A DNA stretch of 64,000 nt, taken from NCBI GenBank assembly GCA_963779415.1, contig CAVZYA010000001.1:896001-960000 (forward strand), written 5' to 3'. Position numbers and translations under genes: made by a program. Every line of letters starts with the position of its first letter. Positions within the stretch are counted from its first letter, which is position 1. Source of the DNA: an uncultured Acidobacteriota bacterium. GTDB lineage: Bacteria > Acidobacteriota > Thermoanaerobaculia > UBA5066. The notes under the pieces are model-generated. The model did not search any database, was not told where the DNA came from, and worked only from the letters and a program-made list of their open reading frames with translations. This document shows, piece by piece, positions 16,776 through 25,524 of this stretch.

Positions 16776-17582
16776 TCAGTCCCCCCTCTGGCGACGCGAG
16801 AGAAGAAAGGCCGCGACGAAGAGAACGGCCCCGAGGAGGATGATGGCCGCCCCCGACGCGACGTTCAGGGCGACGGAGAGGAAGAGGCCCCCGAGGACCA
16901 TGACGAGGGCCGCGCCGATGGAGCCCGAGAGGAGCCCGGGCCACCGGTCGAAGAGGGTCCGTGCGGTGGCCCCCGGAAGGACGAGGAGGGCCGCGACGAG
17001 GAGGATGCCGACGACCTTCAGCGCGACGACGACCGCGAGCGAGATCAGGACGAGGACGAGGAGGCGCATCGCCCCGACGTTCACGCCGGCGGCCCGGGCG
17101 CCGTCCTCGTCCACGGAGGCGAGGAGAAGCGGCCGGAACCAGGCCGCGAAGACCACGAGGACGGCGAGCGCGGTGCCGACGAGGATCGCGAGGTCGGCGG
17201 GGCTGACCGTCAGGATGTTCCCGAACATCAGGCCGAAAAGGTCGACGTTCGTCTTCACGAAGCCGAGGGCCACGACGCCGACAGCCATCGCCGCCACCGT
17301 GGACACGCCGATGGCGGCGTCCTCCGAGACTCCCGAAGCTTCCGACGCGTGGGCCGTCGCCAGCGCCACGACGAGCGCGGCGACGAGCGCTCCGGGGCCG
17401 GGCGGGAGGCCCGCCAGCGTCGCCACGGCCACGCCTCCGAAGGCCGCATGCGCCACCCCCGATCCCGCGAAGGCGAGCCGCCGGAGGACGACGAAGAAGG
17501 AAAGCGCCCCGCAGAGGACCGCCGCCACGACGCCCGCGACGAGCGCCCGCTGGAAGAACGGGTAGGCGAGGAACTCGATCAC
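16776..17582 (-). CDS. znuB: Metal ABC transporter permease (ZnuB-like)
   Basis: FFQRALVAG, FVVLRRLAFAGSGVAHAAFGG, LMFGNIL, KVVGILLVAALLVLP. Confidence 0.88.
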   Translation of the reverse strand: MIEFLAYPFFQRALVAGVVAAVLCGALSFFVVLRRLAFAGSGVAHAAFGGVAVATLAGLPPGPGALVAALVVALATAHASEASGVSEDAAIGVSTVAAMAVGVVALGFVKTNVDLFGLMFGNILTVSPADLAILVGTALAVLVVFAAWFRPLLLASVDEDGARAAGVNVGAMRLLVLVLISLAVVVALKVVGILLVAALLVLPGATARTLFDRWPGLLSGSIGAALVMVLGGLFLSVALNVASGAAIILLGAVLFVAAFLLSRRQRGD

Positions 17583-18247
17583 CGCGGTGCCTCCACCGGC
17601 TCCTCCGTGACGACCCCGTCCACACGGAAGAGGGCGTCCGCCCCCCCCATCGAATCCGTGTCGTGGGAGACGAAGAGAATGGTCCGCCCAGCCGCCGTCT
17701 CCTCGGCGATGACGCGGCGAAGGGTCATGAGCCCGTTCGAGTCGAGGGCCGTGTCGGGCTCGTCGAGGACGAGCATCGCGGGGCTTCCCGCGAGCGCCCT
17801 CGCGAGCAGAACCCTCTGGCGCTGCCCGCCGGAGAGCTTCCCCACCGGGCGGTCGAGCGTCTCCGCAGGAAGACCAGCCCGGAGGAGGGCGGCGCGGGCT
17901 TCGCCCCGCGCCTCGTCGCGGCGCCCGAACCCCGGGCGCGGGTCGAGCGAGAGGGCCACGAGATCGACGCCGGAGACGGGAGCCAGCGCCGAGAGGGTCG
18001 AGCGCTGCGAGAGATATCCGACGCGGGGACGAGGGACCTCGCGTCCCGATTCGTCCACGAAAACGACCCGGCCCGAATCGGCCGCGATCGCACCGACGAG
18101 AACGCGAACGAGCGTCGTCTTCCCCCCGCCGTTCGGCCCGACGAGGGCGGTCCGGACGCCGGGAGGAACCGAGAAGGAGACGTCCCGGAGGACCGGACGC
18201 CCGCCGAGCGACGCCGTGATTCCCTCGAAACGGATGCCGACTCTCAA
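17579..18247 (-). CDS. znuC: Metal ABC transporter ATP-binding protein (ZnuC-like)
   Basis: TTG 18247 overlaps the binding-protein stop, SD GGAGG; GPNGGGKTT, LSGGQRQRVLLARAL, LDEP, VSHD. Confidence 0.88.
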   Translation of the reverse strand: MRVGIRFEGITASLGGRPVLRDVSFSVPPGVRTALVGPNGGGKTTLVRVLVGAIAADSGRVVFVDESGREVPRPRVGYLSQRSTLSALAPVSGVDLVALSLDPRPGFGRRDEARGEARAALLRAGLPAETLDRPVGKLSGGQRQRVLLARALAGSPAMLVLDEPDTALDSNGLMTLRRVIAEETAAGRTILFVSHDTDSMGGADALFRVDGVVTEEPVEAPR

Positions 18248-19149
18248 CGGACCTCCAGCCCGTCCCGGAATGCCCGCGCGTTGAAGAGGAGAAGCTCCTC
18301 GTATCCGAGGCGCCCCGGCAGGCCGCCGACCGGGTCGACCATCTCGACCCTGAGCCCCGCCTCGTCCGCGACGACGCGGGCCGCCTCGAGCGGAAACTGC
18401 GGCTCCGTGAAGAGCGTCCGGAGCCCCTCTCGCCGTGCCGCCAGGACGAGCGACTGGATCTCCCGCGGCGACGGCTCGCGTCCCGGCACCGGCTCGATGG
18501 AGCCCGCCGGCTTCAGCCCATAGCGATCGGCGAAGTAGGCCCAGGCGTTGTGCGCCGTGACGATGGACGATCCCGCGACGGGGCGGAGTGTCCGCGAGAT
18601 CTCGGCGTCGAGGCGCGAAAGCTCCGCCGAGAAGGCTGCCGCGCGGCCGCGGTAGCCCGCGGCGCCCGCCGGGTCGATTGCCGACAGCTCCCCGGCCAGC
18701 GCGGGGAGGATCTTCGCGACGAGAGGGGGCGAGAGCCACCAGTGAGGATCGTGGCCGAGGACGCCGTCCTCGTCCTCGCCGTGCGCCTCGCCTTCGCCCA
18801 GGGCCACGATCCCGGCCGCTTTCCCGCCGTCGAACAGCTTCGCGTCCGAGGCGCACGCCGCCGCCAGCTTCGCAACCCATCCGTCGTACCCCGCCCCGAC
18901 GGTCACGACGAGCCGCGCCCGCGCCACGAGGCGCACCTCCTTCGGAGTCGGCTCGAAGACGTGCGGGGAGACTCCCGGCGGAACGATCGTCCGGACCTTC
19001 CACCCGGGCCCCGCCACGTGCGCCACGACATCCGCGAGCGGCGAGATCGTCGCCGCGGCGGCCAGTGCCTCCGGCGCGGGCGCCCGCCCGGCGCAGGCGG
19101 CGATCAGGAGGGCGCCGAGGGAGGAGGCGAGCCGGGGCATCCTCCGCAT
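18244..19149 (-). CDS. znuA: Metal ABC substrate-binding lipoprotein (ZnuA-like); start may be 19140
   Basis: Lipobox LIAAC; SPHVFEP; His/acidic loop EGEAHGEDED..HDPHWW; AHNAWAYF. Confidence 0.88.
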   Translation of the reverse strand: MRRMPRLASSLGALLIAACAGRAPAPEALAAAATISPLADVVAHVAGPGWKVRTIVPPGVSPHVFEPTPKEVRLVARARLVVTVGAGYDGWVAKLAAACASDAKLFDGGKAAGIVALGEGEAHGEDEDGVLGHDPHWWLSPPLVAKILPALAGELSAIDPAGAAGYRGRAAAFSAELSRLDAEISRTLRPVAGSSIVTAHNAWAYFADRYGLKPAGSIEPVPGREPSPREIQSLVLAARREGLRTLFTEPQFPLEAARVVADEAGLRVEMVDPVGGLPGRLGYEELLLFNARAFRDGLEVR

Positions 19150-19200
19150 TGTCGGGGGTCGGCCCCGATTTCCTCAAGCGCGATCGTCCCGCGCACGCCG

Positions 19201-19983
19201 TCAGAGGTAGCGGAGCGCTTCTTCCGCTTCGCGCCGTATGACGTAGGCCCGGTCCCAGTCGAACGCCTCGTCGTCGCCCACGATCCGATGGCACGCCTTC
19301 CCGAGCGCCTCCCGCTCCGCCGGCCGGAGGTGCCCCTTTTGCGCCATCTTCCCGACGGCCCGGATCGCCTTGGCGCGGACGCCGGTGTTCCGGTCCGCGA
19401 GGTTCGCTTCGAGACGCGCGAGGAACTCCACCCGGGTTTCCTCGGGCAGCTCCGCCGGAGGGATCGCCTCGGCAAACCGCCCGAGAGCCCGGGTCGCCGT
19501 GTCGCGCAGCTCGAGGTCCGGCGAGGCCGCCGCCTCGAGGGCCAGCCGCGCCGCCGCGATCACTCCCGGAGAGCGGATCTTCCCGAGCGCATAGAGGATG
19601 AACGCCCGGTGCGAGTCGTCCACCGCAACGGCGTACTCCTCGATCAGCGGTCGGATGGCGTCGGCTCCGATCCGGCCGAGGGCGTGCCCCGCGGCCATCT
19701 GCGCCTTCACGTCCCCGGCGTCGAGCTTCTCGACGAGCGCCGGGATGACCCGGTCTCCGAACCCGACGACGAGGTCCACCGCCTCGTCGAGGACCGGCAG
19801 GAGGTCGGGCCGGTCGAGCGGGTCGATGTAGAAGAGCATCGACACGAGCTCGAAAAGGGGAGGGGCCGCGCGGGAGCCGGCGCGAGCGATCTCCTTGCGG
19901 ACCAGGGCGAGCCCCTCGCGGAGCTTTTCGGGATCGTCGGTCGCGAGAAGAGCACGGATGGGGTCGTAGGCATCTCCGCTCAT
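19201..19983 (-). CDS. HEAT-repeat protein
   Basis: Repeated helical units (AAGHALGRIG, ILYALGKI, ATRALGRF, AIRAVGKM); start uncertain (19983-20028). Confidence 0.75.
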   Translation of the reverse strand: MSGDAYDPIRALLATDDPEKLREGLALVRKEIARAGSRAAPPLFELVSMLFYIDPLDRPDLLPVLDEAVDLVVGFGDRVIPALVEKLDAGDVKAQMAAGHALGRIGADAIRPLIEEYAVAVDDSHRAFILYALGKIRSPGVIAAARLALEAAASPDLELRDTATRALGRFAEAIPPAELPEETRVEFLARLEANLADRNTGVRAKAIRAVGKMAQKGHLRPAEREALGKACHRIVGDDEAFDWDRAYVIRREAEEALRYL

Positions 19984-20135
19984 GACGACACCCCCGAAGA
20001 TCATCTTATCGCCGCCGGCGGCAGGCATCGAACGCGCCGGTCTGGCCGGTACGACCGTTGCAAGAGACGGGGTGACGTGACGGCCCGGTGACGGACCGAG
20101 GGGGGTTCGGACGCCGGCCGCCCAAGGAGATCACG

Positions 20136-20633
20136 ATGTCGACCAGAGTTTTGTGGGGTGTCGTCGCGCTTCTGGGGGTCGCCTGCGTCGCCGAAGGGGC
20201 GTACATCGCATCGAATCGCGAGGCGGACCGGCCACCGGACGCCGCGAGCCCGGCCGTCGATCCGATCCGGGACGTCGACCGGTGGGAGCAGCGGCTCCAG
20301 AAGGAGCTGACCTCGGCCGGAAGGATCGAGGAGCGGATCGACCTGAGCGGTATCACGTCGAAGGTGGAGGACAAAGGGAAGAACGTCGCGGTCACCTTCG
20401 GCATTCCGGGCCTCGACACGGACTCCGTGAAGCTCGACGTCAACTCCGACAGGATCCGGCTCCGTTACGGCGCGCTTCAGACCGAGAAGAAGGGAAACAC
20501 CACCGCCGAGTCGGTCGAGAACTACGAGAAGATCATTCCGCTCCCGGACGGAGTCGATCCGGCGGGATTCACGGTCACGAAAGGGAAGGACAAGCTGACT
20601 CTCGTCTTCCGGAAGGCCGAACGCGCCTCCTGA
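20136..20633 (+). CDS. Hsp20/alpha-crystallin-family protein with N-terminal signal anchor
   Basis: SD AAGGAG; hydrophobic N-terminus; VTFGIPGLDTDSVKLDV..YEKIIPLPDGVDP..KLTLVFRK alpha-crystallin pattern. Confidence 0.72.
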   Translation: MSTRVLWGVVALLGVACVAEGAYIASNREADRPPDAASPAVDPIRDVDRWEQRLQKELTSAGRIEERIDLSGITSKVEDKGKNVAVTFGIPGLDTDSVKLDVNSDRIRLRYGALQTEKKGNTTAESVENYEKIIPLPDGVDPAGFTVTKGKDKLTLVFRKAERAS

Positions 20634-20635
20634 CG

Positions 20636-20835
20636 GCGCGTGAGGATGAAGGGGTGAATGTCGAGCGCTTCGGCCACGTCCAGAACCCTCACGCCCAAAA
20701 GCTCGCTGAGCTTCACTGCCTTCAGCTTAAACTCCGCCCCGTAAGGACGGTCTTTCCTGGGACCTTTGATTCTGGCCATCCCCACCTCCTCGAGCGTCAG
20801 GCCGGAGTGTCCACTTCATAGGGTCAACTGCCTCA
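20636..20835 (-). mobile_element. Truncated IS3-family element (left end plus 5' part of orfA)
   Basis: End sequence GGCAGTTGACCCTATGAAGTGGACAC; SD GAGGAGG; ATG 20779 gives YGAEFKLKAVKLS..VLDVAEALDIHPFIL (HTH OrfA), which breaks off; no orfB. Confidence 0.72.
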
Positions 20836-20858
20836 AGTTCCGGAGGAGTCCAGATAGG

Positions 20859-21525
20859 TGGTTAGGCTGCCAGCCGTGCTTCGAGGCCGGCGAGGCTACC
20901 GGCGACGACGGAGAGATGTTCGGGGATCTTCAGCGTGGCCTTCAGAGTGGCAGGCACGGTACGGACTGGGATCAGCTTTGACCCTGCAATAAGGAGAGGC
21001 ACTTCGACGAGCTCGCCAGACTCTGCGTGAATGTGGACGAGTGAGAAATCGGAGTTGGGAAAGCGAACCGATTCGTAGAAGCCCTGGCCAACCACGAACA
21101 GGACCCGCTCCGGTTCGACTTGAAAGGCGTAACAGGCGCCCTCATCCTCGATTTCTGCGAACGCCAGACACTGAGATGAGATGACCCGAACGACTTCGGC
21201 AGTATTCCCGCGAAGAGCGCTCTCCAGCCGACCGATAGACTTGCCGAAAGCTCGGCGACGCTCGAAGCTGACCCAGGCAATGAGGATAAGCGTAACTGCG
21301 AACCAGAAGCCGACAACGATGCGAGGATCGGTGGAAGAAGCGAGAAGAGTCAGGATGCACAAGGCGCCCGTCACGGGAGTGCCGGATGCGGCGACGCGAA
21401 AGACCGTGCGCCTGCGGGCCTTCTGAACCGAAGCGAGTCGCCTGGTCAGAAGACGAATCTCAGCCTTCAACAGAGGGCGTGTAGTGCGAGTGAGTGACAT
21501 CTTTCTGATCTTGGCAGCCTAACCA
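20859..21525 (-). mobile_element. Solitary integron-type gene cassette (core site GTTAGGC ... inverse core site GCCTAAC, attC truncated)
   Basis: On the gene strand, GTTAGGC (21523-21517) precedes the ATG and GCCTAAC (20867-20861) contains the TAA; 14-bp perfect inverted repeat 20859-20872 / 21512-21525. Confidence 0.65.
20862..21500 (-). CDS. Hypothetical two-TM membrane protein, integron-cassette-type gene
   Basis: Visibly lower GC than flanks; two hydrophobic helices; stop codon inside GCCTAAC. Confidence 0.7.
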   Translation of the reverse strand: MSLTRTTRPLLKAEIRLLTRRLASVQKARRRTVFRVAASGTPVTGALCILTLLASSTDPRIVVGFWFAVTLILIAWVSFERRRAFGKSIGRLESALRGNTAEVVRVISSQCLAFAEIEDEGACYAFQVEPERVLFVVGQGFYESVRFPNSDFSLVHIHAESGELVEVPLLIAGSKLIPVRTVPATLKATLKIPEHLSVVAGSLAGLEARLAA

Positions 21526-21533
21526 ACGCGGAG

Positions 21534-21555
21534 AATGGGGTCAGGTCTCATTTTT
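21534..21555. repeat. AATGGGGTCAGGTCTCATTTTT REP-like motif
   Basis: Single copy at the cassette boundary; resembles GGGGTCAGGTCT elements recalled from contexts with REP-associated tyrosine transposases (unverified). Confidence 0.35.
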
Positions 21556-21558
21556 CTA

Positions 21559-22614
21559 TTATAACCCCGCGGCCGGACGGCTTCCACCCGCCTCATGCCG
21601 ACGCTCGTCCAACGCCCGGCCGAGATGGGCGCGGACGGGCATCTCGAAGGTCCAGGCCGACGTCCTCTGAAGGGAGTGTTCGTGATGGGCCGACTCGTCC
21701 CAGGCGTCGAGGGCGACGCGGCGCTCGCGCACCCACTCGTCGGTCACCTCGCCACGTTCGGCCATCCGGTCGAGCCTTTCGCGCTGGAGCCCCTTGTCGC
21801 CGATCTCGGGGTGACAGTTCACGCCCCAGACGCGAGGCAGGACGCCGTCCGCATGGCGGACGAATTCGCACATCGTGACGGCGTCGGAGATGCCCGTGGG
21901 GCCCGGCGCCTCGTACGCGAGAAACGGCACGCCGGCGCGCCCGGTCGGAAGGAGATCGTAGAGACGACTGTCGAGAACCTTGATCTCCGCGCCGCCACAG
22001 TCGTTCCAGAAGCCGGAGAAGAAGGGGTGGTGTCGCGCTTCGGCCGTCAGGACGTTCCCGACGACCCCCTGGCTCTTCCCCCCCTTCAGCTCGCTTCGGA
22101 GGACGGCTTCGGCGATACCCGCCCAGCGAACGAGGACGCCGAAGGAATGGCAGATCGCGAAGAGAGTCGTCGTCGGCGTCCGCGCCACGTCCTCGAAGAA
22201 ACGGAAGAGCGGCGCCTCCCACGAGGGGTCCTCGGCGATCCCCTGCGAGCCGGCCGACCGGCCGTCGTTTTCGCGCGGGTCGAGAGCGCCCGGGCCCCCG
22301 GTACCGACGACGAGCGCGAACCGGGATGCGGGAAGGGACGGAACCGCCCCGCGGCCGCGGACGTCGTAGCTGATCACGCGGACGGCGGGCGCGCCTTCGC
22401 GTCCCTGCCGCTCCTGATGGGCGACGTTCAGGACCGTCTCGACGATGGAGTGGTGCCCGAGATTGGGGTAGCCGTGATGCATGTCCAGAACGGCCACGTC
22501 GAGCGTCCCCGGTTCCGGCACCGGCTCGTCCCCGGGCGCGTCGACGCGGGCGTACGAGAGCGAAAGTCCCGGAGGGACCCAGATGCTCGCGACGCGTTGA
22601 TAGGGACGTTCCAT
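21559..22614 (-). CDS. Class I glutamine amidotransferase-like protein
   Basis: GTGGPG oxyanion strand, AICHSFG nucleophile Cys, CHPE His-Glu. Confidence 0.75.
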   Translation of the reverse strand: MERPYQRVASIWVPPGLSLSYARVDAPGDEPVPEPGTLDVAVLDMHHGYPNLGHHSIVETVLNVAHQERQGREGAPAVRVISYDVRGRGAVPSLPASRFALVVGTGGPGALDPRENDGRSAGSQGIAEDPSWEAPLFRFFEDVARTPTTTLFAICHSFGVLVRWAGIAEAVLRSELKGGKSQGVVGNVLTAEARHHPFFSGFWNDCGGAEIKVLDSRLYDLLPTGRAGVPFLAYEAPGPTGISDAVTMCEFVRHADGVLPRVWGVNCHPEIGDKGLQRERLDRMAERGEVTDEWVRERRVALDAWDESAHHEHSLQRTSAWTFEMPVRAHLGRALDERRHEAGGSRPAAGL

Positions 22615-22646
22615 GGAAGAGGGGGATTCTGCCAGAGCGGACGCCG

Positions 22647-23648
22647 TCAGACGTTCTCCTGCTTCAGGCGGCGCGTCATCAGGGCGCGGAGTGCGTCCTT
22701 CGGAGAGACCTGTCCCGAGAGGATCTCGCCGACGATCTCGGCGATCGGCATCTCGACGTTCACCGAGCGGGCCAGCTCCACGAGGACGGCCGTGGTGGCG
22801 ACCCCCTCGGCCACCTCGCCGCCGAGAGCCGAGACGGCTTCCGAGACGGACTTGCCGGCCGCGAGGGCGAGGCCGACACGCCGATTCCGCGACAGGTCCC
22901 CCGTCGCCGTCAGAACGAGGTCCCCCATCCCCGCGAGGCCGGCGAACGTGTCCGGATTCCCGCCGAGCGTCGTCCCGAGGCGCCGGATCTCGGCCAGCGC
23001 GCGGGTCAGGAGGGCCGCGCGCGTGTTGTGCCCGAGGGCGAGGCCGTCCAAGATCCCGGCGGCGATGGCGACGACGTTCTTCGCGGCGCCGGCGATCTCC
23101 ACGCCGACGACGTCGTCCGAGCGGTAGAGACGGAATGTCGGCGAGGAGAGAAGCCTTTGCACCGAGAGGCAGACGGCCGGATCGGCGCTCGCGACGACGG
23201 CCGCGGCCGGAAGGCCCCGCGCGACCTCGACGGCGAACGTCGGTCCCGAAAGGACGGCGAGGCCGGTAGCACGGGAGAGGACATCGCCGAGGATCTGCGT
23301 CGTCCGCCGCCTCGACCCGATCTCCAGTCCCTTAGACATCGCGACGAGCGGGACCAAAGCCGGGAGGAACTCGCGGAGGCGCCCGGCTTCGTCGGCAGTC
23401 CCCTGCACCGAGACGGCCCAGAGAACGGCGGAGGCGTTCTCGAAGGCTTCGCTCGCGTCCGCGGTGATCGAGACGCTCTCCGGGATCGGCGGAGCGCCCG
23501 CGAGCGCCGGATGGCGGCGCGTCGCGGCAAGCGGCCCGACGGCGTCGTGCCCGCTTCCGAGGAGCGCCACCTCGAGCCCCGCGCTCGCGGCGTGCATCGA
23601 GAAGGACGTCCCCCACGCCCCGGCGCCGACGATAGCGATCTTCGTCAT
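22647..23648 (-). CDS. gpsA: NAD(P)H-dependent glycerol-3-phosphate dehydrogenase
   Basis: GAGAWG, SKGLE, LSGPTFA, GAAKNVVAIAAG, GDLVLTATGDLSRNR; ATG 23648 overlaps the plsY stop. Confidence 0.95.
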   Translation of the reverse strand: MTKIAIVGAGAWGTSFSMHAASAGLEVALLGSGHDAVGPLAATRRHPALAGAPPIPESVSITADASEAFENASAVLWAVSVQGTADEAGRLREFLPALVPLVAMSKGLEIGSRRRTTQILGDVLSRATGLAVLSGPTFAVEVARGLPAAAVVASADPAVCLSVQRLLSSPTFRLYRSDDVVGVEIAGAAKNVVAIAAGILDGLALGHNTRAALLTRALAEIRRLGTTLGGNPDTFAGLAGMGDLVLTATGDLSRNRRVGLALAAGKSVSEAVSALGGEVAEGVATTAVLVELARSVNVEMPIAEIVGEILSGQVSPKDALRALMTRRLKQENV

Positions 23649-24253
23649 TCGTCCTTCACACCCAGCCTCCGCTCCGTCCCCGAAAGGAGCCGGAGGATGT
23701 TCGCCCGGTGCGAGACGACGAGGAGGAGGGCCGCGGTCACCGCGGCCACGATCTCCCCCTCCGGCGCATGGAAGAGGAGACCCATGGTGAGCGGGAGGAG
23801 ACACGCCGCCGTGACGGATCCGAGCGAGACGTACCGCGTGAGGCCGACGACGAGGGCGAAGACCCCCACGATGACGAGAACCGACCATGGCGAGAGAACG
23901 GCGAAGGAGCCGACGGCCGTCGCGACTCCTTTCCCTCCGCGAAAGCCGAAGAAGAGCGGGAAGACGTGGCCGAGGATCGCCGCCACCGCCGCCGCGCCGA
24001 GCCATCGGGGGTCGTACGTGATCGTCTTCATCAGGAGAACGGCGACGACCCCCTTGAGGATGTCGAGGAGGGCCACGACGAGCGCGAGCCCTATCCCCGA
24101 GGTCCGGAGGACGTTCGTCCCGCCCGCGTTTCCGGAGCCGACCGTCCGGATGTCGATCCCCCGGGTCACCCGGACGAGAATCGTGGCGAACGAGAGCGAC
24201 CCGACCAGATACGCCACGACGAGCGCCGTCTCCTCGCGCCAGAGCCCGCTCAC
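23645..24253 (-). CDS. plsY: Glycerol-3-phosphate acyltransferase PlsY
   Basis: YLVGS, DIRTVGSGNAGGTNVLR, DILKG, GHVFP..GGKGVAT, HRANI; GTG 24253. Confidence 0.95.
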   Translation of the reverse strand: MSGLWREETALVVAYLVGSLSFATILVRVTRGIDIRTVGSGNAGGTNVLRTSGIGLALVVALLDILKGVVAVLLMKTITYDPRWLGAAAVAAILGHVFPLFFGFRGGKGVATAVGSFAVLSPWSVLVIVGVFALVVGLTRYVSLGSVTAACLLPLTMGLLFHAPEGEIVAAVTAALLLVVSHRANILRLLSGTERRLGVKDE

Positions 24254-25524
24254 GTCCCCCCTCCGTCGCGCATCTTCATGAGGTGCTGCCGGATCATGAC
24301 GAGGGCCGCCGAAACCGTCCAGCGACGGACGAGGGCGCGGTCCCCGGCGAAGAGGACGCTCCTGTGGAGGCGGGCGCCGTCCGCACCGTCGAGGGCCATG
24401 TGGACGGTCCCGACCGGCTTTTCGGCCGAGCCGCCCGTGGGGCCCGCGATGCCCGTCACCGAGAACCCGATCGTCGCGCCAAAACGGACCCGCGCCCCGG
24501 CCGCCATCTCGCGCGCCGTCTCCTCCGAGACCGCGCCGAACCGCTCCAGCGTCTCCGGCCGGACTCCGACGAGGCCCGCCTTCGCCGAGTTCGCGTAGGT
24601 CACGGCCGAACCGAGGAAATAGTCCGACGCGCCCGGCGCCTCGGTCAGCCGGCCGGCGATGAGGCCGCCCGTACACGACTCGGCGAGCGCGAGCGTCTGC
24701 CCGAGGCTCCGGAGCAGCGAGCCGACGTTTCCCTCCAGCGTCTCGGCGTCACGCCCGAAAATGCTGTCGCCGAGAGCCTTCCGGAAATCGGCCTCGATCC
24801 GATCGAGGATCGCCTCGGCTTCCTCCGCCGTTCCGCTCGCGGCGAAGTGGAGCTGGACCTCTCCGGCATTCGCGAGAATCGTGATCGGAGACCCCGCGTG
24901 GGCGGCGTAGACCGGCTGGATCCGCTCTTCGACGAAGCTCTCCGGAAGCCCTCCCACCTTGAGGATCCGCCGGTGAACGCCGGCCCTGCCGAAGAGCCGG
25001 GCAAGCCTCGGCGCCGCCTCGTCCGCCCACATCGTCTTCAGCTCGACCGGGACGCCCGGGAGCAGGACGACCGCCCGGCCTCCCTCTTCGACGAGGAATC
25101 CGGGGGCCGACCCGGGCCGGTTTTCGAGGACGACGGCGCCTTCGACGATGTCGGCCTGCTTCTCGTTCACGCTCGGCATCTCCCAGCCCCGCCGGCGGAA
25201 CCGTTCGCGGATGCGCCCGAGGATCTCCTCGTCGCGAACCAGCTTCCGGCCGAGGATCGCCGCGAGGACCTCCTTCGTCCGGTCGTCCGCCGTCGGGCCG
25301 AGCCCCCCCGAGACGACGAGCAGGGGCGCGCGCCCCATGGCGAGACGCATCTCCGCCTCGAGCTCCGGCCACTCGTCCCCCACGCACGCCTTCCGGACGA
25401 CCCGGAGCCCCATCGTCTCAAGCTCCCCCGTCAAAAAGAGCGAATTCGTGTCGAGCCGGGTCGTTCCCAGGAGCTCACTCCCGACGGCGAGGATCGAGGC
25501 GGTCGAAGAAACGGCATCGCTCAT
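24250..25524 (-). CDS. cinA: Competence/damage-inducible protein CinA (MoCF domain + NMN deamidase)
   Basis: GSELL..DTN, GGLGPTADDRT, LPGVP, AESCTGG, GIAGPTGG. Confidence 0.95.
   Translation of the reverse strand: MSDAVSSTASILAVGSELLGTTRLDTNSLFLTGELETMGLRVVRKACVGDEWPELEAEMRLAMGRAPLLVVSGGLGPTADDRTKEVLAAILGRKLVRDEEILGRIRERFRRRGWEMPSVNEKQADIVEGAVVLENRPGSAPGFLVEEGGRAVVLLPGVPVELKTMWADEAAPRLARLFGRAGVHRRILKVGGLPESFVEERIQPVYAAHAGSPITILANAGEVQLHFAASGTAEEAEAILDRIEADFRKALGDSIFGRDAETLEGNVGSLLRSLGQTLALAESCTGGLIAGRLTEAPGASDYFLGSAVTYANSAKAGLVGVRPETLERFGAVSEETAREMAAGARVRFGATIGFSVTGIAGPTGGSAEKPVGTVHMALDGADGARLHRSVLFAGDRALVRRWTVSAALVMIRQHLMKMRDGGGT

Noticed and set aside
20859-21525. 14-bp inverted repeats as transposon/MITE ends
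   Set aside because: No transposase inside and no target duplication seen; GTTRRRY/RYYYAAC placement around the ORF fits an integron cassette better
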